Of a stretch of 33,764 bases of DNA, positions 1 to 9,476 are shown in pieces. A model generated the notes under the pieces. That model ran no database searches. It was not told the origin of the DNA and was given only the letters and a program-made list of their open reading frames with translations. The stretch is from a virus (taxonomy: Duplodnaviria > Caudoviricetes), in IMG/VR virus record IMGVR_UViG_3300048670_000723, positions 1-33,764 of that record; one strand, given 5' to 3'. A program made the position numbers and the translations under genes. How positions within the stretch are numbered: position 1 is the first letter of the stretch; each line of letters opens with the position of its first letter.

Positions 1-1143
1 AAGGATATGCGGGTATAATCCTGTGGAGAATTGGAAAGGTTTAGAAGCTAGTCCAGCCCTCTTTGTGTTATTGCCATAGTTGCTGAGCGCAACTGTGCCG
101 GTATAGGCGCTAGACACATAGAGGTACTGAACAAAGCGCCCCTCTACGTCTGACGCTGTAGCTGTGCCGCCTTCAACGGCAAACAGTATATTGCTGATGC
201 CAGCGGGTGCAATGCCTGTAATGTTGTAGACGGTAGAAGCGCCAAAGCTTTGGTCTGCTGTGCCTTGTAACACAAGCGAAGTATTGTATCTAAACGCTGT
301 AACTTTGTTACCTGTTGACCTGGCCACCATTGCAATTACGCCGGTGGGAACAAAAACGGTTCCTTGCAAGAATACGCACACGCGCGTGATGTTCGTACTG
401 GAGAAGGTCGTAGTTGTCGCTGTTGCTGTAATAGTAACCGTGATGTTTGCGCCAGTGTCATAGCCTATGACGTAACCGCTAGACCATGTGCACACATCCC
501 AAGCAAAAGAGCCGCCAAGAGAGTATGAAACACTCTGGTAGGTCAACGCGTTATTGTACAATCGCACCGTATTTACGCCGGTCTGATAGATAAATATCTG
601 CGAACCAACTACCTTGACGCTAGCTCCTGTAAGTCCTGTTAGTTCGTTGTATGGACCGAACTGAGCAGGGATAAGATTGAGCAGCGAGTCAAACTGATAT
701 GATCTAACTGTAGTGGCTCCTGAGAGCGTGACAGCTACAGTGATTGTGCCGCCTGATACGTCCATATCGTAATTCTCGATATCGACGCTGAGACCAAGCA
801 GATCGATCAGTGAAGCGGTTACATTGACTGGCCTAGGAGAAACAAGGCCATTGCGATAAATGCTATTTACTACGTTACCGCGTGTGATGATCTGCATGTT
901 GGTTGACATGTCAGCAGACTGTTCGACAACGCCAAGAGAGCCCGGCAATGGGAATGCAGTAATCGGCTGGCTAGTTGGCGTAGCAAGAGACGCAAAGCCT
1001 TGGCGCTTAACTATCTCGCCGGTAATTAGCTGCTCGCAGTTGATACCAGAACTCAATGAGTCTGGGTCGCGCAGATTGTCAGCAGTGCCGAGGTCTAGGC
1101 CTTTGGCTAGCGGCATGGGTACTATCTGTTTCTCTAATGCCAT
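1..1143 (-). CDS. Tail nozzle / tail tubular protein B-like, N-terminal part (runs off the window start)
   Basis: Not in the ORF track. ATG at 1143 follows a GGAG RBS. The frame reads MALEKQIVPMPLAKGLDLGT...GEIVKRQGF...GLASKPFQFSTGLYPHIL to base 1. It is beta-rich and lies two genes downstream of the head-tail adaptor. Confidence 0.75.
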   Translation of the reverse strand, partial: MALEKQIVPMPLAKGLDLGTADNLRDPDSLSSGINCEQLITGEIVKRQGFASLATPTSQPITAFPLPGSLGVVEQSADMSTNMQIITRGNVVNSIYRNGLVSPRPVNVTASLIDLLGLSVDIENYDMDVSGGTITVAVTLSGATTVRSYQFDSLLNLIPAQFGPYNELTGLTGASVKVVGSQIFIYQTGVNTVRLYNNALTYQSVSYSLGGSFAWDVCTWSSGYVIGYDTGANITVTITATATTTTFSSTNITRVCVFLQGTVFVPTGVIAMVARSTGNKVTAFRYNTSLVLQGTADQSFGASTVYNITGIAPAGISNILFAVEGGTATASDVEGRFVQYLYVSSAYTGTVALSNYGNNTKRAGLASKPFQFSTGLYPHIL

Positions 1144-1155
1144 GCTAGTTGTCTC

Positions 1156-1494
1156 CTAGAATACCAATAAGCTAACCGTCTGAGTTCCCGCGCTTGTTCT
1201 GAGCATTATATACCGCAAAGGGTCTGGATTGGTAGCTGCCCCGTCCCTGTAAACGTCAAAGGATGCTGTCTTGTTGACGACAACAAACCCTCTGCATTCA
1301 TAGCCTAAATTGTGAGCAACAAGGGATGCTGTGGTGCTGTTTAAACTCACGTTAGTAATAAGCTGCATTTGAGAAGAAACAGCCTGCGTGAGTTGACTCA
1401 TGACAGTTATTAAATCAGATTGCAGATTATTGACGGCATCAAATGCGTCATCTTTTGTCGCTATCTGCTTTTTAATTGTGAACGTCACCGCCAT
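1156..1494 (-). CDS. Small virion/tail-associated protein
   Basis: 112 aa, between the adaptor and nozzle genes. The C-terminal half is beta-rich with a VAHNLGY..GFVVV motif. Confidence 0.6.
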   Translation of the reverse strand: MAVTFTIKKQIATKDDAFDAVNNLQSDLITVMSQLTQAVSSQMQLITNVSLNSTTASLVAHNLGYECRGFVVVNKTASFDVYRDGAATNPDPLRYIMLRTSAGTQTVSLLVF

Positions 1495-2171
1495 GGGTAA
1501 GCGTTCCTTTGGAAGAATACATCGGTCACATTGACCGGGTCGCCTACATCCCTTGGGCTAGCTGCAGCTACGACTGCCTGCATGGCATCTTGCCTGAGGG
1601 CAGCCATTGCCGAAGGGTCGCGCTCCTGCCTTGTGAGTACCTGCACAGAGGCGTCATAGATAATGAAGTCATCAAAGCCAGACAATACATCAAACGTCTG
1701 GCCTGATGTTGTGATGCGAGTAGGCCTTGGGACGTAGGTCATCACAATGGCTTCAGTTGAATCAGGCACAGGGTCAATACGCAAGTTATTAGCCTGGCTG
1801 CGGTACCGGTATCTAGATGCAGCGCGCAGGTCAAAACGGCTCACAAGACTAGCGTTCTGTTTGCCTGTGCGTGCAGAAAAGTTGTAAGTGCGCAGCGGGT
1901 AACGGTCCCCGCTAATGACAATGTCAACACCTTTAAGATGCATCAAGTCAGACGCTAGCGCATAATCACGCTGGCCGACTATAAGACTCTTAGAAGTGTC
2001 TTCAGTGTCAAAGAAGGACTCATACTGTGTTGCTATGAGTCTGTAGAGTTTGTTGTAACTGCGATCAATGAGAGTGAGTAGATACGCATCTGTGATATGC
2101 GCATCGCTATCGGTGTCCGTCAAGCGACGAACATCGGTCATTAAAACTGAAGCCGTCGCTGTGTCTGCCAC
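1485..2171 (-). CDS. Head-tail adaptor / tail tubular protein A-like
   Basis: 228 aa. N-terminal helices (LMTDVRRLTD...YLLTLIDRSY), GQRDYAL and LRIDPVPD...YVPRP motifs. Positioned after the capsid genes. Confidence 0.7.
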   Translation of the reverse strand: MADTATASVLMTDVRRLTDTDSDAHITDAYLLTLIDRSYNKLYRLIATQYESFFDTEDTSKSLIVGQRDYALASDLMHLKGVDIVISGDRYPLRTYNFSARTGKQNASLVSRFDLRAASRYRYRSQANNLRIDPVPDSTEAIVMTYVPRPTRITTSGQTFDVLSGFDDFIIYDASVQVLTRQERDPSAMAALRQDAMQAVVAAASPRDVGDPVNVTDVFFQRNAYPWR

Positions 2172-2173
2172 CG

Positions 2174-2422
2174 TTAATCCTCCATCTCACTTTCGCCTTC
2201 ATCTTCCGACTCAAACTCTGGAGACGGCAGAACGGCCAAAAGCTTTGGCAGCTCTTTGATGAGCATCTCAGGATCACCTGCTTTGAATGCCTCTATTACG
2301 CGTTCAGCGCAGATAGAGACGATATCAGAGTAAGGATCTTTCGGGCCTTCCTTGGCCTTCATTCCACCGCTCAGAGCGATGAGCAGGGACCCAACCTTTT
2401 TATCAGATCCCATGCCCATCAT
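2174..2422 (-). CDS. Hypothetical protein with acidic C-terminus
   Basis: 82 aa ORF coupled (ATGA overlap) to the upstream gene in the head operon. Confidence 0.65.
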   Translation of the reverse strand: MMGMGSDKKVGSLLIALSGGMKAKEGPKDPYSDIVSICAERVIEAFKAGDPEMLIKELPKLLAVLPSPEFESEDEGESEMED

Positions 2423-2808
2423 GCTACACCGCCAGTCATTCCAGTGTCAGCTACAACGATTTCAAAGAGAATAATCGTGCCGCTGCTTGGGTCCGTTTCG
2501 GTGGCTCCCACTGCTGTTCGGATAGCAAGCGATCCCGCCGAGCTTGTGGAATCAGTCTTGATGCTCGTGATAAGCCCCTGATCCGTCGCTTGGATGAAAG
2601 TTGCGTGATACTTTAAAAGCTTTTTATACTTACGATCTAAAAGGATCGTGTACTCGCCCGTCGCATCTCGCGTAATGCTTGTGAGTCCGTATCCACTTGT
2701 TGCAGACACAGCCCCGGTGCTTCCGACTGTCAGCTTAATGTACAAAGCAGTTACGCCCTGCTCTATGGCCATCGGCGGATTGCGTTTTAAATAGGTCACT
2801 GTTGGCAT
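2419..2808 (-). CDS. Putative capsid decoration / minor structural protein
   Basis: 129 aa, Thr/Ser/Gly-rich and beta-type. Strong AAAGGAG RBS, directly after the major capsid gene. Confidence 0.55.
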   Translation of the reverse strand: MPTVTYLKRNPPMAIEQGVTALYIKLTVGSTGAVSATSGYGLTSITRDATGEYTILLDRKYKKLLKYHATFIQATDQGLITSIKTDSTSSAGSLAIRTAVGATETDPSSGTIILFEIVVADTGMTGGVA

Positions 2809-2835
2809 ATTAATCTCCTTTCATTGACCTATTAA

Positions 2836-4056
2836 TTAACGAAGCTTCCCGTGGAGGTTCCATGCAGGGGCTCTGCATACCAGGCCTGAGTAACTAGTAA
2901 GCCGGATTTCTACTCCATCGGCATTCGCCTGTCTAAGCCAAGGTAACGTGTCCGTATTGAACGCATCAACGATAGGGCCAAGTGAGCGAAGCTTCCAGCT
3001 CTTAGAAGTCAGCAAAAAGAATCGTCCAGCTGGTACAGTACGGTCAGCAAGGATGGTGATTGCACCCTTAGAGCCGTGAACCTTGATACCAGAGAATCCG
3101 ATTGTGCCATACTTAGCTTGTCCAGAGTTGGTTACCACTTCATTGTAGTAAACCTTTGAGCCAAGCGCATTGCGCAGGTCTTCAAAATCTTCAAAAGACA
3201 TGAAGCCATAGTCTGGCATACCGCCCTCAGCTTCAACCAACGTTACAGCTCGAGATACTGCTTGCTCAATTGGCAGAGTGCTCAAGTCAGGAGCAAGGCC
3301 AGCTAGACGACTAGGGTTAGCCGAACGAGTAACGCCAAAGAACGATGCAGCAAGAGCAGTAGCGCGGCTATCGTAAGGAATCCATGCGCTAACACCAGAC
3401 AAGCAGAGACCACGGTCTCCAGACCGAAACAGGTAGTCACTGTTAGCAAATGATGTAATTGCCGCAGCAGACGCGAGGGTAATTGTACCAGCGCCGGAGT
3501 CAACAGCTGTAACAGTTGTCGAACCTGCTCGCAGCGATCCGCCCGATGGAGCAGAAGCAGCAATAACAGTCATTCCAACTTCAAAGTTTCGCGCATCTTC
3601 AGGAGCGCTGAAAGTTACCGTGTTGGTTGAAATGCTAGCGCGTTGTCCAAGTGCACCAGTACCGTCACGAGCAAGGTCAATAGCAATGGCTTGGGATACA
3701 CCAGCGATTGCATTCTCATACTCTTCGGTCAGAGCTTTGAGGAATGCGCCCTTTTCGTTTGACGATGCCTGAATTGTTTCGTTGTCCACAAAGCCAAAGC
3801 CATACTTCTTAACTCGGGTAAGCAAGAATGCCTTGTACTCGCTGTTATGGTTCTGCGCCTGTGCTGTTGCAAAAGTGGCCGAGATATTCTGAGGGTTGCC
3901 ATACATCAATGTTTCTTTGGAGCTGTCACCAAAGAAGGACTCATCTTTAGGAATCATAGCCATCATCGGCTTGTCGGAATAAATGAGTTTTTCGATCTTG
4001 TCTGGCGGATAGAGAGTCTTCAGCGCCGGGCCGAAGGTAGTTAGGTCAAGAGCCAT
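2836..4056 (-). CDS. Major capsid protein
   Basis: 406 aa, following portal and scaffold, with a GGAG RBS. Size and layout are consistent with an HK97-fold coat protein with an inserted beta domain. Confidence 0.85.
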   Translation of the reverse strand: MALDLTTFGPALKTLYPPDKIEKLIYSDKPMMAMIPKDESFFGDSSKETLMYGNPQNISATFATAQAQNHNSEYKAFLLTRVKKYGFGFVDNETIQASSNEKGAFLKALTEEYENAIAGVSQAIAIDLARDGTGALGQRASISTNTVTFSAPEDARNFEVGMTVIAASAPSGGSLRAGSTTVTAVDSGAGTITLASAAAITSFANSDYLFRSGDRGLCLSGVSAWIPYDSRATALAASFFGVTRSANPSRLAGLAPDLSTLPIEQAVSRAVTLVEAEGGMPDYGFMSFEDFEDLRNALGSKVYYNEVVTNSGQAKYGTIGFSGIKVHGSKGAITILADRTVPAGRFFLLTSKSWKLRSLGPIVDAFNTDTLPWLRQANADGVEIRLTSYSGLVCRAPAWNLHGKLR

Positions 4057-4063
4057 TGTATAA

Positions 4064-4097
4064 TCTCCATTGTGTTAAATATGGCACACGATGGAGA
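4064..4097 (-). promoter_or_regulatory. Hairpin covering the capsid gene Shine-Dalgarno
   Basis: mRNA sense TCTCCAT-C-GTGT / loop GCCATATTTA / ACAC-A-ATGGAGA. The GGAG lies in the 3' arm, which ends 7 nt before the ATG. Confidence 0.6.
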
Positions 4098-4104
4098 CAG
4101 GGAT

Positions 4105-4947
4105 TTAGCGTAGACCTTGCAGATCCGGAAGTAGCTTTAGAGCTAGCTCAAATCTCTCAGTGTCGCTGAGATCGCGCGTGTCATCTTGTCGTGTGCTCTG
4201 GTTTCTTAGTCCTGAGTCACTGAGTCCGAATGGCCGCGCTTGCTCTGACCTGCTTTGCTCTTGCTCTGATAAACCTAGCAGTTTTCTGATCCGAGGATTA
4301 GAAACCACTTTCTTAAAACCTTCAGCTAGCCTTGATTCAACGTGTTGCATGGCTTCCTCATCGCTGAGGATCTCACCCGTGGCGTTATAGTGCTCGCTCA
4401 TATAAACCAGAACGTCTTCGTGGCTGCCGAATTGATTGACTAGATCATAGCCTGAATCATCACGCGCGGCAAGTGCCTTGAGTCCTTGGAGTTTGGCGTC
4501 TTTGACACGCATGATCTCTTTCATCTGCCCTTGCGATGATTCTTCCTGCAGCTTGGATTTAAGAGATTCAAGCTCTTTTTGCAGACTCGATACGGTCTTT
4601 TTTGTTTCATCCTCTGGGTTCATGCCAGCGTAGATGTCTGTCAGTTTGTCGTAGTTGAGCCCAAACTTCTCGAGCAGTTTGAGCGGCTCTTTTTCAGCTA
4701 GTCCATTGAGCTCGTCAATGCTGCCAACTTGTCTAAACTTCTCTTTGATCTCTTGCTCGCGCTGCATAAGGGCACGCTCGCGAGAAGTGAGGCCGTGAAA
4801 TTTAGACGTCAGCGAATCTTCTTTTTTCTTGAGCTCTGCCCTGAGTCGCTCGATCTCGGATTGCGGCTCGCCTATAGGTGCATCGGATTTACCCGGGACA
4901 TCCTGGGACATGGGGGCTTGGGATAAACTATTGAGTAACTCGGACAT
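4105..4947 (-). CDS. Capsid scaffolding protein
   Basis: 280 aa, charged coiled-coil protein between portal and capsid genes. AAGGAG RBS; short C-terminal helix. Confidence 0.75.
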   Translation of the reverse strand: MSELLNSLSQAPMSQDVPGKSDAPIGEPQSEIERLRAELKKKEDSLTSKFHGLTSRERALMQREQEIKEKFRQVGSIDELNGLAEKEPLKLLEKFGLNYDKLTDIYAGMNPEDETKKTVSSLQKELESLKSKLQEESSQGQMKEIMRVKDAKLQGLKALAARDDSGYDLVNQFGSHEDVLVYMSEHYNATGEILSDEEAMQHVESRLAEGFKKVVSNPRIRKLLGLSEQEQSRSEQARPFGLSDSGLRNQSTRQDDTRDLSDTERFELALKLLPDLQGLR

Positions 4948-4957
4948 GCTAGCTCCT

Positions 4958-6847
4958 TCAAATTGCTGCTTGCTCTAATAACGCTTGTTCGGGTGAGGCG
5001 GCCATGGGGGCCTCTGGGGTCATGGGGGCCTGTGGCGGCATTTGCTGCGCCTGTTGCGCCTGTTGCGCTTTCTGCGCTAGCTTGACGAATCTATCGTTAG
5101 CGTCCATATAGCGCCGCAGCAGGTCCATCTTGACTTCTTCGTAGTCTGCCAGTTTACCGATGTTGTAATACATCTGAGCAATCTGGAAATTGCGCGGATG
5201 GTCTTCGTATGGGTCAGGAGACACAAAGACTTCAGTGTCGAGCATCAGCTCGATGGTCTTTCGTGGAAACTGATTGCTTGCAAGCTGCCTGGTAAGTACT
5301 GCCGAGGTGTCAGGGAAGTCTAGGAGCTCTAGCGCGTCGTTCTGACTAATAACTCCAGCTTGTGCAAGCTCCTGTGCAAACTCAAGTTGTCCCTCTGGCT
5401 TCTGCGGGAACATGCTGGTATTGTGATTTTGAATCATAAACTCATCACCCATTTCCTCGATCTCTGTCAGGTCAAACGACTCTAATCCGAACTCTCTGTC
5501 GTAGCTCATTACTTTGCGCTGTGCCTTGCGATATTCTTTATTACTTTTGGCGAGCTTGTTGATAAGCTTAATCTCTTTGATCATTGCCCTAGCTATATCT
5601 TGATGCGCTATCTGCCTATTCTGCCCAGCAGTCTGAAAGCGTTCACTTTCAATATCTGAAAACTCTCGCAGTGCGCGGCCAGAATTGAGCCCCGGCGGCT
5701 TCTGACTTGTTGCAGCAAGGTCGGACACGCCCACTTCACGGAATGCCTTCTGATAGATATCTTCGATATCCCTGAACAGCTGATCGGCATACGGCGGTGC
5801 CACTTCCTGCTGTGGCATAGTGCCCGAGTACTCGACGATCGGATTGATATCGTTATTGAGCTGAGCATGGGTCACTAAACTAGACTTCTCGACGTAGGTA
5901 CGCGGGTTCGAACCGCGCTTTAGACATGCCTGTCTATAGGAGAGAAGCTGATCAAGCTCCGATTGATGACCGGCTAGCAACTCCGCGACGCCAATACCAT
6001 AGAAGCCAATGGGTGCCCAGATATAGTCTTGTTTGATGATAGGAAAAGTGAATTCGTCATATCCTTCTTCGTCAAGAATAGCGTTTTCAATAGCAAGGAT
6101 ATGTCTGCCGCCCGTTCCGTCATCCTGCGGCAAGTGCCACGCTTCGCACACAAGCACGCGCCTGGAAAGACGGTCATAGGTAGAAGATTGAAAATGAGTG
6201 GGCACAGTGAGCAGCTCGATCTGACTTCTCTTGGAAGGATACTTATTAAGCAGCAGCTCAACGGGCACCGACTTGATGCGCCGCATAGTCTGCGGGTCAC
6301 CGTTTTCGGAGTCTTCGTAATCTACGATAATCTCCGCCGGGTGAATGCGGTTAAGGCACAGTTCAACCTTACCGCCGCGCAACCTGTGGCCTACCTGCAC
6401 AAAGCCTGATCCGCTCCAGTATGAGTCGAGGGTCTGCATCATATTAATTTCATGAACCTTGGCCTGCATAAAAGCACCGTAGAGCATGCGGTCTGCTCGC
6501 TGCGCGAGTCGCTGCTGTTGCCATGATCCGCCCGAGGTGAGCATGCGTACTTTTTCTTTGCGCTTACAGATCTTGCTGTGCAGTGTGTTGATGGACGATT
6601 GCACAACGTTATATCGCAATGAGTCTTCAACTACCTTGGAGACGTCTGGAATAAGTTTCAGTCTGCTGATAAGATTCTGTGTCTGTATTGTTACGTTGTC
6701 TCTGCCTGTGTACAGTTTGATGTAGCGGTTAAGCATTTGCAGACGCGCAGTATCCTGGGACGTGATAGTCTTGATTTCTTCAAAGAGCATCTTAGCAGCG
6801 TCTTCGCCTTCGGACTTCCACCATGCGTCATTGTTAAGAGTCACCAT
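4958..6847 (-). CDS. Portal protein
   Basis: 629 aa directly after the terminase large subunit. GFYGIGVAELL and GLNSGRALRE motifs; Q/P/M-rich C-terminal tail as in P22-type portals. Confidence 0.85.
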   Translation of the reverse strand: MVTLNNDAWWKSEGEDAAKMLFEEIKTITSQDTARLQMLNRYIKLYTGRDNVTIQTQNLISRLKLIPDVSKVVEDSLRYNVVQSSINTLHSKICKRKEKVRMLTSGGSWQQQRLAQRADRMLYGAFMQAKVHEINMMQTLDSYWSGSGFVQVGHRLRGGKVELCLNRIHPAEIIVDYEDSENGDPQTMRRIKSVPVELLLNKYPSKRSQIELLTVPTHFQSSTYDRLSRRVLVCEAWHLPQDDGTGGRHILAIENAILDEEGYDEFTFPIIKQDYIWAPIGFYGIGVAELLAGHQSELDQLLSYRQACLKRGSNPRTYVEKSSLVTHAQLNNDINPIVEYSGTMPQQEVAPPYADQLFRDIEDIYQKAFREVGVSDLAATSQKPPGLNSGRALREFSDIESERFQTAGQNRQIAHQDIARAMIKEIKLINKLAKSNKEYRKAQRKVMSYDREFGLESFDLTEIEEMGDEFMIQNHNTSMFPQKPEGQLEFAQELAQAGVISQNDALELLDFPDTSAVLTRQLASNQFPRKTIELMLDTEVFVSPDPYEDHPRNFQIAQMYYNIGKLADYEEVKMDLLRRYMDANDRFVKLAQKAQQAQQAQQMPPQAPMTPEAPMAASPEQALLEQAAI

Positions 6848-8211
6848 GGTCTATTATTCCTTTTCATGAGCTGCTGTTCTTTGGCATAAATGAGATCGCG
6901 CTCTTGCTGCTCAAAGTACTCAGCTGTTCCGTATTTGGGTTTGGCTTGTCTGACTTGCTCGAGATAATAGTACGATTCTCGCCATGCGTACAGTACGGCA
7001 TCGGCACAGTCATTTGATTGGCCAGGCTTCTCGACTTGTTTACCTTCGTCCCAATTCAAACTGTTCCACTGCTCAATGACCGGACAGTCTTCGAGTACCT
7101 TCACACGCCCTTCTTTGAGCTCTGCATTGAACAGCTCAATATACAGTCTCTTGTCGCGCTTCTGTGCAGCCTTACAGTTAATACCGTAACGAGCCCTAAA
7201 TTCCTCGGCTATGGCCTTGCCTAGGCCCCCTTCGTCAATAACAACCGTTGGTATCTTGTGTTCATCTATGAGCCTTTTAGCCTTTGCAGCTATATCTGAG
7301 ATAAGCGGATGCCTGTGCTGCTCAGCGTGGATAACGTGAGCCTCTGGACTATCCTGTTCATGCGCCACAATGGCTAGCGCCGTTGCATCTTCAAAGCCAA
7401 GGTCAATGCCAAGTACCTTGTTGGCATAGTGACTTGAAGGGGAATGCAGCGTGTTGCGCAGAGGATTGAACAGGTAAACGAGATCATCTGTCGTCTTGGT
7501 CCAGTAGCCATAATACTCGCGCAGAAGGACAGGATTATCCTCAGACCAGCCTCTACGGCGCTTCAGATCTTCTACCCAAGCTTTAGAATTCTTGATGTTC
7601 GGATTGTCGAACAGAGTCCAGTAAAATGACTGCCATTGATCAGGGTTGTGATTGGCCTTGTAAAAATAGCTGCTGAAGTCCCAACTAGGCGTCCCCATGA
7701 TCCACAAGTCGCCGTTCTCATCGAGGGTAGCTGGCTCAAGTATTTCTTCGATAAGTGTGTCTATGTGTCCTCTGAATGACGCACACTCATCTAGGATAAC
7801 TGAGCGGTATGCATGACCTCTAAGGGTCTCTGCGACGTCTTCTTGATTAGCTCCTGCTAGCCATATCTCGCTGCCGTTCTCAAACTTCAGAATGAGATCG
7901 GTTTCGCTAGCCTCATAGTCGAGCTGCCATTGGTAACACATCTCCTTGAGGCGAGACCAAAGGAGTCGCTTAGCTGACTTGCGGGTGAGTGCAATATAGA
8001 GGCTGATGCCATTGGGAGACTGCAAGGAGCTATGCACTAGTTTAACGGCAGCTAGTTCGGTCTTGCCTGCCCGGCGTGAGCATCTGATAACTTTGCGTTT
8101 AGAATCATGCGCTATGGCCTCTCGCTGCTGTGCAAAGCAGTGATCAAATAGACCTTCGAGACGGTCTTCGAAGTTGAGTAGGCCAAGGAGCTCCGCTTCA
8201 ATTGACAGCAT
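6841..8211 (-). CDS. terL: Terminase large subunit
   Basis: Walker A CSRRAGKT, Walker B VILDE, coupling motif MGTP, RNase H-like LGIDLG...IDEGG...NDCADA. Confidence 0.95.
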   Translation of the reverse strand: MLSIEAELLGLLNFEDRLEGLFDHCFAQQREAIAHDSKRKVIRCSRRAGKTELAAVKLVHSSLQSPNGISLYIALTRKSAKRLLWSRLKEMCYQWQLDYEASETDLILKFENGSEIWLAGANQEDVAETLRGHAYRSVILDECASFRGHIDTLIEEILEPATLDENGDLWIMGTPSWDFSSYFYKANHNPDQWQSFYWTLFDNPNIKNSKAWVEDLKRRRGWSEDNPVLLREYYGYWTKTTDDLVYLFNPLRNTLHSPSSHYANKVLGIDLGFEDATALAIVAHEQDSPEAHVIHAEQHRHPLISDIAAKAKRLIDEHKIPTVVIDEGGLGKAIAEEFRARYGINCKAAQKRDKRLYIELFNAELKEGRVKVLEDCPVIEQWNSLNWDEGKQVEKPGQSNDCADAVLYAWRESYYYLEQVRQAKPKYGTAEYFEQQERDLIYAKEQQLMKRNNRPW

Positions 8212-8734
8212 TAAGCTTGCTCGTGAGTTCTTTGATCTTGTCCCTACGCTCTTGCGCCGTCATCTCTTCTGGCCTCTTAAGTACATGCGTGTGTTGATGC
8301 TCTACGGTCACCTGGTCATCTTTCCATTTAGCAACTGCCTTGGTGAGACGGTCAAAGAGTCCGCAGTTGAACCATCTGTTCTCTAAATTAGTGAGGCCCT
8401 GGTGTTCATAGAACAGGTGACGCTTCATTGTTGCTACCTCAACCGCTTCTGCGAAATCAGGGATGCAGTCTTTCCATCTCAAAAAAGTCGCATAAGAGAT
8501 ATCGATGGACGCACAGAATGCACGCGCTGAGTAGCCAGATGAGGCCATGCGCAAAAGTTTATCGCAGTACTCTTCTTTGTATTTGGACAGTCTAACGTCG
8601 TCTAGCTGGTCGCCACTACCAAGGGCCGCCTTCATGCTGCGTTGGGGATTGCTCGGGAACCGGGTCGGCTGCTGGTCTTCGGCTACGTCTAGTACGAACT
8701 GGTCGGGCTTTAGGATCTTGGTCTTCTGTCTCAT
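8198..8734 (-). CDS. terS: Terminase small subunit (start uncertain: 8752, 8734 or 8635)
   Basis: SKYKEEYCDKLL..GYS..FCASIDISYATFLRW..PDFAEAV helix-turn-helix typical of TerS. Overlaps the start of terL. Confidence 0.8.
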   Translation of the reverse strand: MRQKTKILKPDQFVLDVAEDQQPTRFPSNPQRSMKAALGSGDQLDDVRLSKYKEEYCDKLLRMASSGYSARAFCASIDISYATFLRWKDCIPDFAEAVEVATMKRHLFYEHQGLTNLENRWFNCGLFDRLTKAVAKWKDDQVTVEHQHTHVLKRPEEMTAQERRDKIKELTSKLNAVN

Positions 8735-8969
8735 CGTTTCCAGGCTCCACAATGATAAACGGCAGATTACTATACGGAATAATGAAATGGCATGCCGTGA
8801 TGTCTTCTTTTGATACTAACTTAACGCCAACACCTTGGACAAAAGACATGTCAAAGTTGGCATCGGTGAAAGTTTTTTGCAGGCGCGCCCAAGAGCCTTT
8901 TGGCCTAGTGCCGTCTGTGTTCTCAAGTTGGATGTTTTCGTAGGTGATAATCTTTTTAATGCGGCTCAT
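8616..8969 (-). CDS. Hypothetical protein (globular N-terminus, disordered tail overlapping terS)
   Basis: 117 aa. GAGGA RBS lies within the end of the upstream gene. Confidence 0.6.
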   Translation of the reverse strand: MSRIKKIITYENIQLENTDGTRPKGSWARLQKTFTDANFDMSFVQGVGVKLVSKEDITACHFIIPYSNLPFIIVEPGNDETEDQDPKARPVRTRRSRRPAADPVPEQSPTQHEGGPW

Positions 8970-9399
8970 GGGTCAACAAGTCCTCTAATAAAAATGGATG
9001 GTAGATAGCGTCAAACGATAGAGCTACTGGGATAGCTGCGCGAGAGCGCCAAGGATAGTAAATAGGTTGGTTGGTTGTAGCTTCTTCGATCATGCGTCTG
9101 GCGAACGCAAATCCTCGGTAGCCTGATTTTACATAAGTCCACCACACGATTGAATGAGTTGGCAGATTAGTAACGGCCACCCAACCAAATAGCGGCTCAT
9201 CATGATCGTAATCACAGGCGATGGTGATCTCTGCGAACTTGAGCATTCGATCAAAGCGGGACCTGAGGCCTGGCTTAAGTATATTCTGATCCATACCCAT
9301 GTAGTCGGATGCAGAAACTGCGCCCTTGTAGAATGAGTCACGGCAGAAAGGAAGATCGGATTCTTTGAATGGTCTGAGACGTATCTCTATGTCTGGCAT
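8956..9399 (-). CDS. GNAT-fold acetyltransferase-like protein
   Basis: IRLRPFKESDLPF N-terminus, LFGWVAV strand and motif A-like YVKSGYRGFAFARRMI. Confidence 0.7.
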   Translation of the reverse strand: MPDIEIRLRPFKESDLPFCRDSFYKGAVSASDYMGMDQNILKPGLRSRFDRMLKFAEITIACDYDHDEPLFGWVAVTNLPTHSIVWWTYVKSGYRGFAFARRMIEEATTNQPIYYPWRSRAAIPVALSFDAIYHPFLLEDLLTHEPH

Positions 9400-9419
9400 T
9401 AATTTGTCACTTTGCTTCG

Positions 9420-9464
9420 TTGATATTGTTATGCGATATTATATTATTGGCGCAAACAAATCAA
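9420..9464. promoter_or_regulatory. Overlapping sigma-70-like promoters in opposite directions
   Basis: Plus strand: TTGATA (9420-9425), 16 nt, TATTAT (9442-9447). Minus strand: perfect TATAAT (9443-9438) with TTGATT 15 nt upstream. Lies in the AT-rich gap between divergent genes. Confidence 0.5.
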
Positions 9465-9476
9465 ACAGGCGGGGAT

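Noticed and set aside
5002-5072. 9-bp and 18-bp repeats at the portal 3' end
   Set aside because: They encode the ordinary low-complexity QQA/APM tail of the portal.
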